64,000 nt of DNA from Octopus vulgaris (taxonomy: Eukaryota): assembly GCA_951406725.2 (NCBI GenBank), contig OX597832.1:22010001-22074000 (forward strand), written 5' to 3'. This document shows, in pieces, positions 27,340 to 40,410 of this stretch. A model generated the notes under the pieces. That model was not told where the DNA came from and ran no database searches. It saw only the letters and a program-made list of their open reading frames with translations. Made by a program: the position numbers and the translations under genes. The stretch's first letter is position 1, and each line of letters begins with the position of its first letter.

Positions 27340-28010
27340 GGAGAAGGGGGATAAAAAGAAAGAGGGGATAGAGAGGGGTGATAGAGAGAGGGGATAGAGA
27401 GAGGAGTGATAGAGAGGTGATAGAAAGAGGGAGATAGAGAGAGGGGGTGATAGAAAGAGGGGGATAGAGGGTGATAGAAAGAGAGAGGGTGATAGAAAGA
27501 GAGAAGGGTGATAGAGAGAGGGTGATAGAAAGAGAGAGGGGTGATAGAAAGAGAGAGGGGTGATAGAAAGAGAGAGGGCTGATAGAAAGAAGGTGATAGA
27601 AAGAAGGGGATAGAGAGGTGTGATAGAAAGAGAGAGGGTGATAGAAAGAGGGAAGGGTGATAGAGTGGGGTGATACAGAATGGGATACAGAAGGGGATAG
27701 AGAGGTGTGATAGAAAGAGAGAGGGTGATAGAAAGAGGGAAGGGTGATAGAGTGGGGTGATACAGAATGGGATAAAGAGAAAGGAATAGAGAAGGAAGAG
27801 GGGGAGGAGGAGAGAAGGATGGGAGAGGGCTTTGACAGAAAGGTGGAGTTGAGAAAGTGAAGGGGGAAAACGAGAGAAGGGAAGGGAGAAAGAGAAAAAG
27901 GGTGAACAAGTGAGTGGGAGAGGAAGAGAGAGGGGAAAACAGTATGAGAGGGAGGGTGAGTGAGTGAGTGACAGAGACAGAGAGAGCGAGAGAGAGAAAG
28001 AGAGAAGGAA
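27340..28010. repeat. Purine-rich degenerate minisatellite
   Basis: GGGTGATAGAAAGAGAGA-type units; almost pyrimidine-free strand. Confidence 0.9.
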
Positions 28011-28301
28011 GTAATTCTTCAGTAGAATCAATATGACATATATGTAGAGACAATATGTGACAAGGTAGGAACTCTAAATTACAGGTGACTGGGCTGGGCT
28101 CTCTGTCGGTTACATCAAATTGTTCCAGGTGATTCAATAAATGGAACAGCCTGCTTGTAATATTAAACATACAAGTGGCTGAGCACTCCACAGACACGTG
28201 TACCCTTAATGTAGTTCTCAGAAAGATTCAGGGGTAGATAAAATAAAGTGTCTTGCTCAAGGACACAACACAACAAGCTACCCAGAATTGAACTCTTTTA
28301 C

Positions 28302-28501
28302 TGAAACCAGCTCTGGCTCTGTAGTACAAATGTTTGTTTTCATAAGTTTTGAACTAAAATCTTCCACCAAACCTTAGTCACAATCTATGTTCCTAACACT
28401 AGCTTAATGGTAACTAAGTTAGCTTATTAAATTCTTTGTTATATTTAAAATTAATTGAAAGAAACACAGAGCATCTCAATAGAAATACGGTAATGAAAGG
28501 G
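28302..28501. mobile_element. piggyBac-like MITE, same family as 10091-10312, opposite orientation, one end lost
   Basis: Reverse-complement similarity to 10091-10290; ends GGTAATGAAAGGG-TTAA. Confidence 0.75.
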
Positions 28502-28565
28502 TTAAAAAACTAAACTGTAAAAGGCACACAACCATAACGGGTGGGGGTACATGCAGGCACACACA

Positions 28566-28965
28566 CTCTTTTAATTGTTTCAGTCAATTGACTGTGGCCA
28601 TGCTGGAGCACCGCCTTTAGTCGAGCAAATCAACCCTGGGACTTATTCTTTGTAAGCCCAGTACTTATTCTATCGGTCTCTTTTGCCGAACCGCTAAGTT
28701 ACGGGGACGTAAACACACCAGCATTGGTTGTCAAGCAATGCTAGGGAGACAAACACAGACACATAAACACACACATATATATATATATATATACATATAT
28801 ATGACAGGCTTCTTTCAGTTTCCATCTACCAACTCCACTCACAAGGCATTAGTCGGCCCGGCGCTATAGCAGAAGACACTTGCCCAAGATGCCACGCAGT
28901 GGGACTGAACCCGGAACCATGTGGTTGGTTAGCAAGCTACTTACCACACAGCCACTCCTGCGCCT
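28566..28965 (-). mobile_element. Full-length dominant SINE copy
   Basis: Reverse complement of the 31164-31555 family. Confidence 0.9.
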
Positions 28966-29274
28966 ACACAAACACAAATCTAAGTTGATTATCATACAGT
29001 CTTGTAAAATGACTAATAAACAACTTATACTGTGAAGATAGCCAAGTTTTGGTTTTTTTTTTTGGCCATAGTTTGGACCATAATTGGTCTGTCTGATGAG
29101 TTTCCATACAGTCCCAGTTTGTCCAATTTCGTTCAGAGGTCTTGGGGCCGATACGAGGATATGGCAGGATTTATTTGTATCTGAGACTTATGAAGTGAAT
29201 TTACCCAATCTGTTTGGTAATGTCCACATCCATATGTGCAGGTGCTCTATCAGGGTCATAAACACAAGCATATG

Positions 29275-29995
29275 AAGAATGCACATATACACATACACAC
29301 ACGCAATGTGCACACTCACATACAACACATACACACAATATGCATAAACACACACACACACACAGAACAAACATTCGTACAGCAAACATGCACATACAGC
29401 AAACACACGCATGAAGTGCACGCTCATGGATGCATGCAGACACACACAGCACATGCACTTGCAACACACACACACGTACACACAATGTGCACACGCTGTC
29501 ACACACACAAAGTGCATACTCTCACATGCACACACACATGCACACATACGCAATGTGCACACACTCACAGACACACAAAGTGCACTCTCACACAATACAC
29601 AATATGCACATGTTCACACACACACAAAGTGCACACTCTCACATGCACACACACATACACACAAAATGCACAAGCTCACACACATACAAAGTGCACACTC
29701 TCACATGCACACACACGTACACACAATATGCACATGTTCACACACACACACACAAAGTGCACACTCTCACATGCACACACACAATACACATAATGTGCAC
29801 ATGCTCACACACAATGTGCACATTCTCACATGCACACACACGTACATGCAATATGCACACGCTCACACACACACAAAGAGCACACTCTCACATGCACACA
29901 CACACACATGCATACACGCAATATGCACACGCTCACATTTCAAAGCGCACAACCCCGCAATAGCATACACACAGTCACATGCACACGTATGCACC
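29275..29995. repeat. CA-based complex minisatellite
   Basis: Recurring CACAAAGTGCACACTCTCACATGCACACAC unit. Confidence 0.9.
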
Positions 29996-30542
29996 ACAAA
30001 TCACCAGAGAGAACCAGCAAAAAAAAATGGTTCCGAAGTCTGACAAGTACCAAACTGAATGTCAATGACGTCAAAGACTGCAGAAACATTGTCAACAATT
30101 CTCTAACAAAAACCAAAAGAAAACAAAAAAAAAACTATGGTGTAAAACAACATGGAGGACAACCTTTGCAGGGTGGAGGTACAAACACCCCCCCACACCT
30201 GTGTTGATTACAAATATCTGTTGCCATAGTAACAACAGATAAGCATGGCAGTCTCACTGCAATTAGTTTTTCTGACACCTCAGACTTGCGATAAATCCTA
30301 CTTATGTAAATATTATGCTTGCTTTTTGGGTCTTTTAATTTACGCAATTTGTGTGTTTTTTTTTTTTTATGGGTACTCCTACATGTTCCAGTTCAAAGGG
30401 AGTAAATTCCTACAGGGGATTTAACGAGATTTATACACTAGGGGACACAGTACGACCCCGTGAATCCAAAGATCTTGTTTACAGTGATCAAACAATGATA
30501 AAGATACCATTAAGGCAGAAAGCTCGCCGAATCATTGGAAAC

Positions 30543-30581
<39 letters not shown>

Positions 30582-31163
30582 TATTATTAAGGTGGTGAGC
30601 TGGCAGAAACGTTAGCACACCGGGCGAAATGCTTAGCAGTATTTCATCTGCTGCTACGTTCTGGGTTCAAATTCGGCCACGGTCGACTTTGCCTTTCATC
30701 CTTTCGGGGTCAATTAAATAAGTACCAGTTACGCATTGGAGTCGATATAATTGACTTAATCTGTTTGTCTGTCCTTGTTTGTCCTCTCTGTGTTTAGCCC
30801 CTTGTGGGTAGTAAAGAAATAGGTATTTCATTTATCGCTATGTTCTGAGTTCAAATTCCGCCAAGGTTGACTTTGCCTTTCATCCTTTCGGGGTCGATAA
30901 AATAAGTACCAGTTAAACAATGGGGTTGATATAATCGACTCATTCCCTCCCGCAAAACTGCTGCCCTTGTGACAAAATTTGAAATGCTATTTCACCCGTC
31001 GTAATGTTCTGAGTTCAAATTCTGCCGAGGTCGACTTTGCCTTTCATTCTTTCGGGATCGATAAATTAAAGTACCAGTGGAACAATGGGGTCAATGAAAT
31101 CGACTAGTCCTCTCCTTTATACTTATCATCATCTTCATTATTATTTTTATCATAAACAGTTGT

Positions 31164-31328
31164 GTAGGAGTGGCTGTGTGGTAAGTAGCTTGCTTACCAA
31201 CCATGTGGCTCTGGGTTCAGTCCCACTGCATGGCACCTTGGGCAAGTGACTTCTACTATGGCCTCGGGCCGACCAAAGCCTTGTGAGTGGATTTGGCAGA
31301 CGGAAACTGAAAGAAGCCCATCGTATAA

Positions 31329-31360
<32 letters not shown>

Positions 31361-31555
31361 TTGTCTCCCCACCATCGCTTGACAACCAATGTTGGTGTGT
31401 TCACATCCCCGTAACTTAGCAGTTCGGCAAAAGAGACCGATAGAATGAGTACTAGGCTTACAAAGAATAAGTCCTGGGGGTCGATTTGCTCGACTAATGG
31501 TAGTGGCGCTCCAGCACGGCCACAGTCAAATGATTGAAACAAGTAAGAGAATAAA
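31164..31555 (+). mobile_element. Full-length tRNA-derived CORE-type SINE (dominant family)
   Basis: A box TGGCTGTGTGG, B box GGTTCAGTCCC, CORE-like ACCTTGGGCAAGT, central (TA)(TG) microsatellite, tail GACTGAAACAAGTAA. More than 20 full or partial copies in the window; possibly one of the octopus OR1/OR2/OK families. Confidence 0.9.
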
Positions 31556-32171
31556 AGCAGTGTGTGAAATCGTTTTGTTATAGAAATGTAGACTCCGTAT
31601 AATAGTTGCCACCTACACACTTTTGTGAATTCACTGCTGTTAACCTAATTCCGCATCGACTTGTTTATCAACTCCACTGACTTACTCTTTAAAGTGAAAT
31701 CAATACAAATTATACAAATGAAATAAAACGGAACTGGAAAACCCCTTCTGTTTGAAATAATAATGAAAAAAAAACAAAAACAAAACGGAAAACAAAACAG
31801 AATACATAATTGTTAAAAAAAAATACTATAATAAGATTTAAAATAGAAATGATAAAAATTATGTTTATTTTAAGTCATGGGGAAATACCAGCTTGATTGA
31901 CAGACCTTACCTGACTTCATGGCACACTTCTCAGGTAATAGAACAAAATTTGCTGAGGTATTTCACATGGAAAAAAGTCATGGCTAAATGGTTAAGGAAC
32001 TTGCGTTGCAAACCCATGTAGCTAGAGGTCTAATCCCACTGCAAGTGATCTTGGGCAAAGTGTTTTTTTTTTTATATAGATCTGGACCAACCAATGCCTT
32101 GCAAGTGAATTTGGTAGATAGGAACTCTGTGGAATCCCATCTCGTGTGTATCTGTGTGTGTGTGTGTGTAT

Positions 32172-32670
32172 GTGGTAGGGGCAGACCCAGGAAGACATGG
32201 GATGAGGTGAAGCATGACCTTCGAACGTTGGGCATCATAGAGGCAATGACCGATACCTTTGACAGTTTATCGTGCATGAGAAGACCTGGCAAGCCAAATG
32301 AAATTGTAGTCGTGGTCGATGCTGGTGTTATGTAAATGGTACCCATGCAGGTGACATATAAAAAGCACCTTTTGAGTGTCAGGCCTCATGGAGGCAAGGA
32401 CAAATGACCAAGACCATGTTGTGCTTGAGACGAAGGCCCATCAAGCCAAGTGAAATGGTAGTCGTGGATGATACTGGCGCCACACAAATGCCACCCATGC
32501 CGGTGGCATGTGAAAGCACCCATTACACTCTTGGAGTGGTTTCTGTTAGGAAGGGCAGGCATCCAACCATAGAAACCATGCCAAATCAGACTGGAGTCTG
32601 GTGCAGCCCCTCCGCTTACCAGCTCTGGTCATCCATGCCAGCATGGACAACGGACGTTAAATGATGATGA
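32172..32670 (+). mobile_element. RTE LINE C-terminus joined to the abundant (GAT)n-tailed 3' repeat
   Basis: GRGRPRKTWDEVKHDLRTLG, then GGTGGCA..AAAAGCACC units and the GGAGTGGTT..TTAGGAAGGGC..CATCCA tail. Confidence 0.75.
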
Positions 32671-32671
32671 C

Positions 32672-32743
<72 letters not shown>

Positions 32744-33111
32744 TTGTGTGTCCCTGTGTTTTCTATTACCTGAGAAGTGTGCCATGAAGTCAGGTGAGGA
32801 CTGCCAATCGAGCTGGTATTTCCCCATAACTTAAAATAAACATAATTTTTACCATTTCTATTTTAAATCTTTATTATAGTGTTTTTTTTTAACAGTTATG
32901 TATTGTTTTTTTTTGTTTTTTTTTCACAAACATATACACACACACATATACAACAGGCTTCTTTCAGTTTCCATCTACCAAATCCACTGATAAGGCTTTG
33001 GTCGGCCTGAGGCTATAGTAGAAGACACTTGCCCAAGGTGCCACGCAGTGGGACTGAACCCGGAACCATGTAGTTCGTAAGCAAGCTACTTACCACACAG
33101 CCACTCCTACA

Positions 33112-33303
33112 CAGTGGCATTTCAGTGGCAAGTGAAATGGTTTTATATTCGTCTTACAAGCACACAATTGCACAGAGTAGGCTACAAGTCACGTACCGAG
33201 ATGAAAACTCCGACATGATGAGCAAAGTGAATAACAACAATGGATAATGCAATATAAATAAAATGTCAATGGTTTTGGTACGTGGCTTTTGGCCCACCCT
33301 GTA
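33112..33303. mobile_element. Tc1/mariner terminal fragment
   Basis: Ends TTTTGGCCCACCCTG-TA (CAGGGTGG-type TIR plus TA target), similar to 2743-2759. Confidence 0.5.
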
Positions 33304-33327
33304 TATATTTTATAGTCTCTCTCTTTT

Positions 33328-33543
33328 TTTACTCTTTTGCTTGTTTCAGTCATTTGACTGTGGCCATGCTGGAGCACCGCCTTTAATCGAGCAACTCGAC
33401 TCCGGGACTTATTCTTTTGTAAGCCCAGTACTTATTCTATCGGTCTCTTTTTGCCGAACCGCTAAGCAACGGGGACATAAACACACCAGCATCGGTTGTC
33501 AAACAATGCTAGGGGGACAAACACAGACACACAAACACACACA

Positions 33544-33591
<48 letters not shown>

Positions 33592-33760
33592 TATACGACG
33601 GGCTTCTTTCAGTTTCCGTCAACCAAATCCACTCACAAGGCTTTGGTTGGCCAGAGGCTATAGTAGAAGACACTTACCCAAGGTGCCACGCAGTGGGACT
33701 GAACCCAGAACCATGTGGTTGGTAAACAAGCTACTTACCACACAGCCACTCCTGCGCCTA
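33328..33760 (-). mobile_element. Full-length dominant SINE copy
   Basis: Reverse complement of the 31164-31555 family. Confidence 0.9.
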
Positions 33761-34540
33761 TGTCAACATATTGTGGCCATGCTGGGGCACCACCTCGACA
33801 AGGAAAGCATTAAACCATAGAAAACTGTTTCAAACAAACTCCATCCTGTCCATTCAAGACCGGAGCGGTGAACGCGATGACGACGAAGACAATGACGATG
33901 ACGACAAAACTCAGTACAAAGTGAACCAGTAAATTTATATTTCATCTCCACTGACTCAGAAAACCGAATGAGAACTGTCAAACATTCTGGTATTTCCACA
34001 AGGCTGAAAATAATTTAAATCTTATCAATTTACATATTTCGGTCATTAGACTGGGTACATGCTGAGGGTGCGCTACCTTGAAACAACAACAAAAGTATCA
34101 ACACTCAACTACCAACATCATCATCGTTTAACGTCCACTTTCCATGCTAGCATGGGTTGGACGGTTCAACTGGGGTCTGGGAAGCCCGAAGGCTGCACCA
34201 GGCCAGTCAGATCTGGCAGTGTTTCTACAGCTGGATGCCCTTCCTAATGCCAACCACTCCGAGAGTGTAGTGGGTGATTTTATGTGCCACCGACACAGGT
34301 TTCCAAGGGTGAATTATGCCAGACGAGGCACCTGTGTCGGGGGCTAAAAAAACATAGCTAAAAAAAAGATTGGTGTAGTACACCTATAAAAATCAGCATT
34401 GCTTAGAACTGCGAAAATTCTTTGCAGGGTTCTTGAAGCATGACCAGTAAACAAGTGTCAGTTTACTCAACTGGCTGTGGACAGCTGACACTTTCCACTA
34501 TACCCAGCAAAATAAGCTGAGTTTTAATCACGTAATAATA

Positions 34541-34717
34541 ACATTATTTACATTTAACGGATATTTGTCCTCATCTTGTTTGTTGCTAACACGTTTCGGC
34601 TGATATACCCACTATGCCATATGCCCACGGGCATATGGCATAGTGGTTAAGAGTGCGGGCTACTAACCCCAGTATTCCAAGTTCAATTCCAGGCAGTGAC
34701 ATGAATAATAATAATAA
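34541..34717. mobile_element. Second locus of the tRNA-head/HHR element, head-to-head arrangement
   Basis: 34541-34610 matches 20763-20830. Perfect 18-bp hairpin at 34609-34646. Plus-strand tRNA-like head with A box TGGCATAGTGG and B-box-like AGTTCAATTCC, followed by (AAT)n. Confidence 0.7.
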
Positions 34718-35544
34718 ATGCCCTGATGCAGTACCAGGCAGTGGCTCTCGTAGCTTCTGATCTTAACTGATTGGAAGTGTTATCATGTACATTGTTTTGC
34801 CTTGGTATGAAAGGTGGGCTACAGCAAATATTCTGCTCAATACCACAGATTTGCTTGTCAGTTGCTTGACCGTAACCAGTTGAGCATGTCCCATAGTGGC
34901 TGACGATATGTGCATCTCTGATCATGAGCAGAAGTAGTGGGGGAGCATCATAGCCATGTGTTGTGAGGGATTCTTTGGGGTTTGAATAATTCACCCTTGG
35001 AAACATAAAGTACCTGGCTGATACTTTATTTTATCAGTCCCACAAGAATAAAAAGGTAAAGTTGACCCAGGCAGGGTTTGAACTCAAAACATAAAGAATC
35101 ACAACAAATACACCACAAGATATTTTTTTCCCGATGCTCTAACGATTCTACCAATCTCCGTCGTTAACGATTCCTTACATAGGCACAAGGCCACACAGTT
35201 TTAAGGGGCAGGTTTAGTTGATTAATTAAATCAACCCCGCACCACCACCAGAACCAACAACAAGTAATTCAAGCAGATTGATAATTATCGTTAAGGACCA
35301 AAGGTGAAGTTGACTTGAGCCGGAATTAAGCTTTGAAGATTTGTATTCTTTGGCCTAAAGCCATGAATCTGGGAGAAGGGATAAAGTGATTATAATGATA
35401 TCACTGATGGCTACCTCTGATTCGTTTGACAGCAAATGGATTAAAGGCGATATCTTACCAACATACGTAATACACACATATACATACATATATATATACA
35501 TATACATACATACATACATACATATACATATACATACATACATA

Positions 35545-35576
<32 letters not shown>

Positions 35577-35601
35577 CATATATATATATACATATACATA
35601 C

Positions 35602-35656
<55 letters not shown>

Positions 35657-35665
35657 CATACATAT

Positions 35666-35713
<48 letters not shown>

Positions 35714-35740
35714 GTATATATATATATGTGTGTATGTATG

Positions 35741-35773
<33 letters not shown>

Positions 35774-35879
35774 ATATATATACACTTCCTTTATCTTCTG
35801 TCTGGAGATTTATGCAATCACTAAAGTTATACACAGTCTGGACATGTTATTTAATGCAAAAGTGTCTTAAGCCATGGAG

Positions 35880-35889
35880 AAGGAGAGAG

Positions 35890-35928
<39 letters not shown>

Positions 35929-36664
35929 GGTAGTGGAGGGTAGACAGAAATAGATAAAAAAGATAGCCACAGAAATGGGGAGAGAGAGAGAGAGAGAGAG
36001 AGTGTCTGTGTATGTGTGAAAGAGAAAGTGAGAAAGAGAGAATCAGAGAGAGAGAGTGGGGGAGAGAGAAGGGGAGGCAAAAAGACAGACAGTAAAAGAG
36101 ATAAAAATAGAATGAGAGAAAGGGTGTGAAAGAGGAAGACAGACAGACAGTGAGTACAAGAGGGAGGGAGGGAGGGGAAACAGTGAGGGAGAGAGAAAGA
36201 GAGAGAGAGAGAGGGAGGGAAAGAGAAAGGAAAATAGAGAGAGACAGTAAACAATACATTAATAACAATCAATCTAGACAGAGAGAGAGAAAGTGTGTGT
36301 GTGTGTGAGAGAGAGAGAGACAGACAGAAAGAGAGAGAGAGAGAGAGGGAGAGAGAGAGAGATGTACAATGACACAGACAACTGGTGGTGATGCCAAAAA
36401 TAAATAAAACCAGTCGTTTCAGAAGAGTGAATGGTGATGGTGGTGGCTGCGATGGAGACAATGGTAGGGGTGGGAATGGGGTAGCGGCAGTGATGATGAC
36501 AATGATGATGATGGTGGTGGCGGCGGTGGTGGGTCTTGGTACTATCACCAGAATTTAAGGTAACAGTGAATAGATAGAGAGAGAGAGAGAGAATAAAAGA
36601 GAGAGATAGAGAGAGAGCATAAGAAAGAGAGAGAGAGAACATAAGAGAGAGATAGAGAGAGAAC

Positions 36665-36708
<44 letters not shown>

Positions 36709-36985
36709 ATAAGAGAGAAAGAGAGAGAGAACATAAGAGAGAGAGAGAGAGAAAAACATAAGAGAAAGAGAGAGAGAACATAAGAGAGAGAGAGACAGAG
36801 AGAACATAAGAGAGAGAGAAAGTATAAAAATGAGATAGAAAGAGCATAAAAGAATGAGACAGAGAGAGAGAGCATAAAAGAGAGAGAGGGAGGGAGAGAG
36901 AGAATATAAAAGAGAGAGATAGAGAAAAACAAGAGGAGAGAAAGAAAGAAAGCATAGAAGAGAGATAGGGAGAGATATACACAGA
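35880..36985. repeat. (GA)n-rich low-complexity block including AGAGAACATA units
   Basis: Direct reading of the sequence. Confidence 0.9.
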
Positions 36986-39044
36986 GAGTGGAGCCTTCCT
37001 CCATCTCCACCGTCTCTTACTTTTTACCTACACTGTCCTGCACACACACCACACACACAGACACACACACAATACCATTTGTAACAGCAAAACTGGTATA
37101 AAAGTCTGATTAAATTCTGTGTGTGTGTGTGTGTATGTGTGTGTGTATGTATATGTATGTGTGTGTATGTATATGTATGTGTGTGTGTATGTATATGTAT
37201 GTGTGTGTATGTATATGTATGTGTGTGTATGTATATGTATGTGTGTGTATGTGTAGAAGAGAGTGTAGGTATATGTCAGCTTCCAAAATCTCCACCACCA
37301 CCACCACCACCACCACAACCACCACCACCAGCACCACCACCACCACCGCCAGCACCACCGTTTCTGGCACCGCCGCCTCCGCTCCGTCACCACAAAGCAC
37401 TGCATACCTGAACAGTCGTTGATGACGTCAAACATTGTTGAAACATGAAAGTAGCAGAGGTCTGTCGAAGAATATAGGGTAAAATGAATGAAACCTCAGA
37501 TGTGTGTGTGTGTGTGCGTACGTGTTTATATACGTATGCGTTTTTTATTAATAATCAGCAGAAGCTACACAGTGACTCAAGGGCCGTGAGTTTCACACAA
37601 TGACACCACACGAAACTCTCGGCTTTTGAGTCACTCCATAGTGCTGCCACAATTACTGATCAAAAAAAAAAAATAAAATAAAAAATAATAATAATAATAA
37701 TAATTGCCTCAACAAGGACAGATTTTTACTGTTGGTGCTCCAGTATGTCCACAACCTTAGGGCTGAAACAGGTAAAAGAATAAGAGAATACACCCCTCCC
37801 CCACACATACATACATACATACATACATACATAGATGCTGGTGTGGCTGTGTGGTAAGATGTCTGCTTCACAACTACATGGTTCTGGGTTCAATCCCATT
37901 GCGTGGCACCTTGGGCAGGTGTCTTCTGATACAGCCTTGGGCTGACTAAACCCTTGTGAGTGGATTTGTTACACATAGACTGAAAGAATCCCATCAAGTG
38001 TATGTGTGTGTGCATATATATAAATGTATGTATATATATACACACATACATACACACACACACATATATATATGTGTGTGTGTGTGTGAATTAGTCAATT
38101 CCAGTTAGAAGATAGCAACAGAATATTTTACTTCATAACAACAGAAACTGAATTTTATTACAGAAAAATAACTACACACACACACACACACAAATATATG
38201 CGTGGGGGGGGAGTATGTGTGTACTTGTGCTTGTCCCCCATCATTGCTTGGCAACCAGTGGCAGGGTGTTTATGTCCCTACAACTTAACAGTTCGGCAAA
38301 CAATACCAACAGAATGAATCGCAGGCTTATAAAAAAAAAAAATAATAAGTGCTGAGCTTGATTCATTAGACTTAAGTCCTCAAAGGCGGTACCCGCCACC
38401 CAGCATGGTTGCAGTCAGATGAGTGAAATAGGATGGAAACTGAAATAAGCCTGTCATATATATATATATATATGTCTGTGTTTGTCTCCCCAACATCACT
38501 TGACAACAGATGCTGGTGTTTTTACGTCCCCCGGTAACTTAGCGGTTTGGCAAAAGAGACTGATAGGGTTTAACTCTTTTGAAACTATCCAACCTAAGAC
38601 AGCCCCTACTTCAATGATACAAATTTCCTGTTCCAAAGTAATCTAGTAGAGTTCTCGTGCGAGTCCTCAGTTGGAGTCAGTGTCGGTTATGTGATATATG
38701 AGTTCGAGTTACCGTCAAGGTAGGCATTTCAAAGTCATTGTCTTGTGAAGCTATCAGCGATAGCACAATAGACAAGTTAAAGATAATGAGATCCGGAATA
38801 TCGCCACGACATAATAGTGGTGACAAGAATATTACAGTGCTGACAATAACATACAAGTGGACGAGGATCCACTTTATAACGTAATGAATTTAGGAAGGAA
38901 TTAAGCATGAAGGAAGGTAACTTTCTCACCAAAGGGTCCTGTCCTTGTTGCAGTCTCATGGCTTGTGTACCTCAATAGCCCTGAAAACTAAGCTTGCAGA
39001 GCGCAAGCTCTTGGTAGAATTTCCCATGCTAGACAAATCAAGAC

Positions 39045-39380
39045 TTTTGCGGATTCCATTGACAGCGAGGCTCACCAATGGAGAAGTTCTTAAGCAGATA
39101 AGGCTGAAAATGTCGCTAGAAGCTGGGATCACCAAGTGTAGATTGGCATATTTCGGTCATATTATGCGGAGAGAATCCCTGGAGAAGGACATCATGCTCG
39201 GAATGGTCAGTGGCAAGAGAGGAAGAGGCCGACCAAGAACCCGCTGGCTTGACACCATCAGGAGTGATACCGGAATGGACATGGCCAGTCTGAAGGAAGT
39301 GGCCCAGGATAGAACTGACTGGAGGACACTGATCCAACGAGTAACCGAGAGTCGACTTCGACTGAGCGGATAGAGAGAGA
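39045..39380 (+). mobile_element. RTE-clade LINE 3' end (5'-truncated)
   Basis: LLRIPLTARLTNGEVL...LAYFGHIMRRESLEKDIMLGMVSGKRGRGRPRTRWLD...DRTDWR is a typical RTE/BovB-like ORF C-terminus. Confidence 0.9.
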
Positions 39381-39509
39381 CAAATCAAAAGATAGACCAA
39401 ACTAAAATGGACCACCTGTTCCTAGAGGTAAAAATAGGTTGCATAAGGCCAATGCCACTATTAGAGAAAAATGAAAAGTTAAGTTACAAAAGCATTGATA
39501 ATAATCAAA

Positions 39510-40262
39510 ACACGCCGGGTGAAATGCTTAGCGGTATTTCGTCTGCCGCTACATTCTGAGTTCAAATACCGCCGAGGTTGACTTTGCCTTTCATCCTTTC
39601 GGGATCGATTAAATAAGTAGCAGTTACGCACTGGGGTCGATATAATTGACTTAATCTGTTTGTCTGTCCTTGTTTGTCCTCTCTGTTAGCCCCTTGTGGA
39701 TAGTAAAGAAATAGGTATTTCGTCTGTCTTTATGTTCTGAGTTCAAATTCCGCCGAGGTCGACTTTGCCTTTCATCCTTTCGGGGTCGATTAAATAAGTA
39801 CCAGTTATGCACTGGTGTCGATATAATCCACTTAATCCGTGTGTCTGTCCTTGTTTGTCCTCTCTGTGTTTAGCTCCATGTGGTTAGTAAAGAAATAGGT
39901 ATTTCATCTGCCGCTACGTTCTGAGTTCAAATTCCGCCGAGGCCGACTTTGCCTTTCATCCTTTCGGGGTCGATTAAATAAGTACCAGTTACACACTGGG
40001 ATTCGATATAATTGACTTAATCCGTTTGTCCTTGTTTGTCCTCTCTATGTTTAGCCCCTTGTGGGTAGTAAAGAAACAGGTATTTCGTCTGCCGTTACGT
40101 TCTGAGTTCAAATTCCGCCAAGGTCGACTTTGCCTTTCATCCTTTCGGGGTCGATTAAATAAGTACCAGTTACACACTGGGATCGATGTAATCGACTTAA
40201 TCCGTTTGTCTGTCCTTGTTTGTCCTCTCTATGTTTAGCCCCTTGTGGACAATAAAGAAATA
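39510..40262 (+). mobile_element. tRNA-derived SINE with 4 tandem ~183-bp internal units
   Basis: Unit TATTTCGTCTGCCGCTACGTTCTGAGTTCAAATTCCGCCGAGGTCGAC...GTAAAGAAATAGG repeated 4 times. Related arrays at 4911-5310-, 15390-15810-, 30590-31110+, 53655-53885+, 55930-56450-. Confidence 0.85.
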
Positions 40263-40410
40263 GATAATAATTCAAAGCCAACAAAATCAAGGAGAAAAAA
40301 GATTTTGCCCAAAGTCAAGAACAGGAGAGAAAAGCTGTCAATGTCCTTCCTATTTTCAATTAAGAGTGAAGGGCCGAAGTACCCTGCAGGGTTATCAAGC
40401 AGATTTATGA

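Noticed and set aside
34629-34700. Functional tRNA gene
   Set aside because: A and B boxes are present but there is no matching acceptor stem; it is a SINE head, as are other tRNA-like segments in the window.
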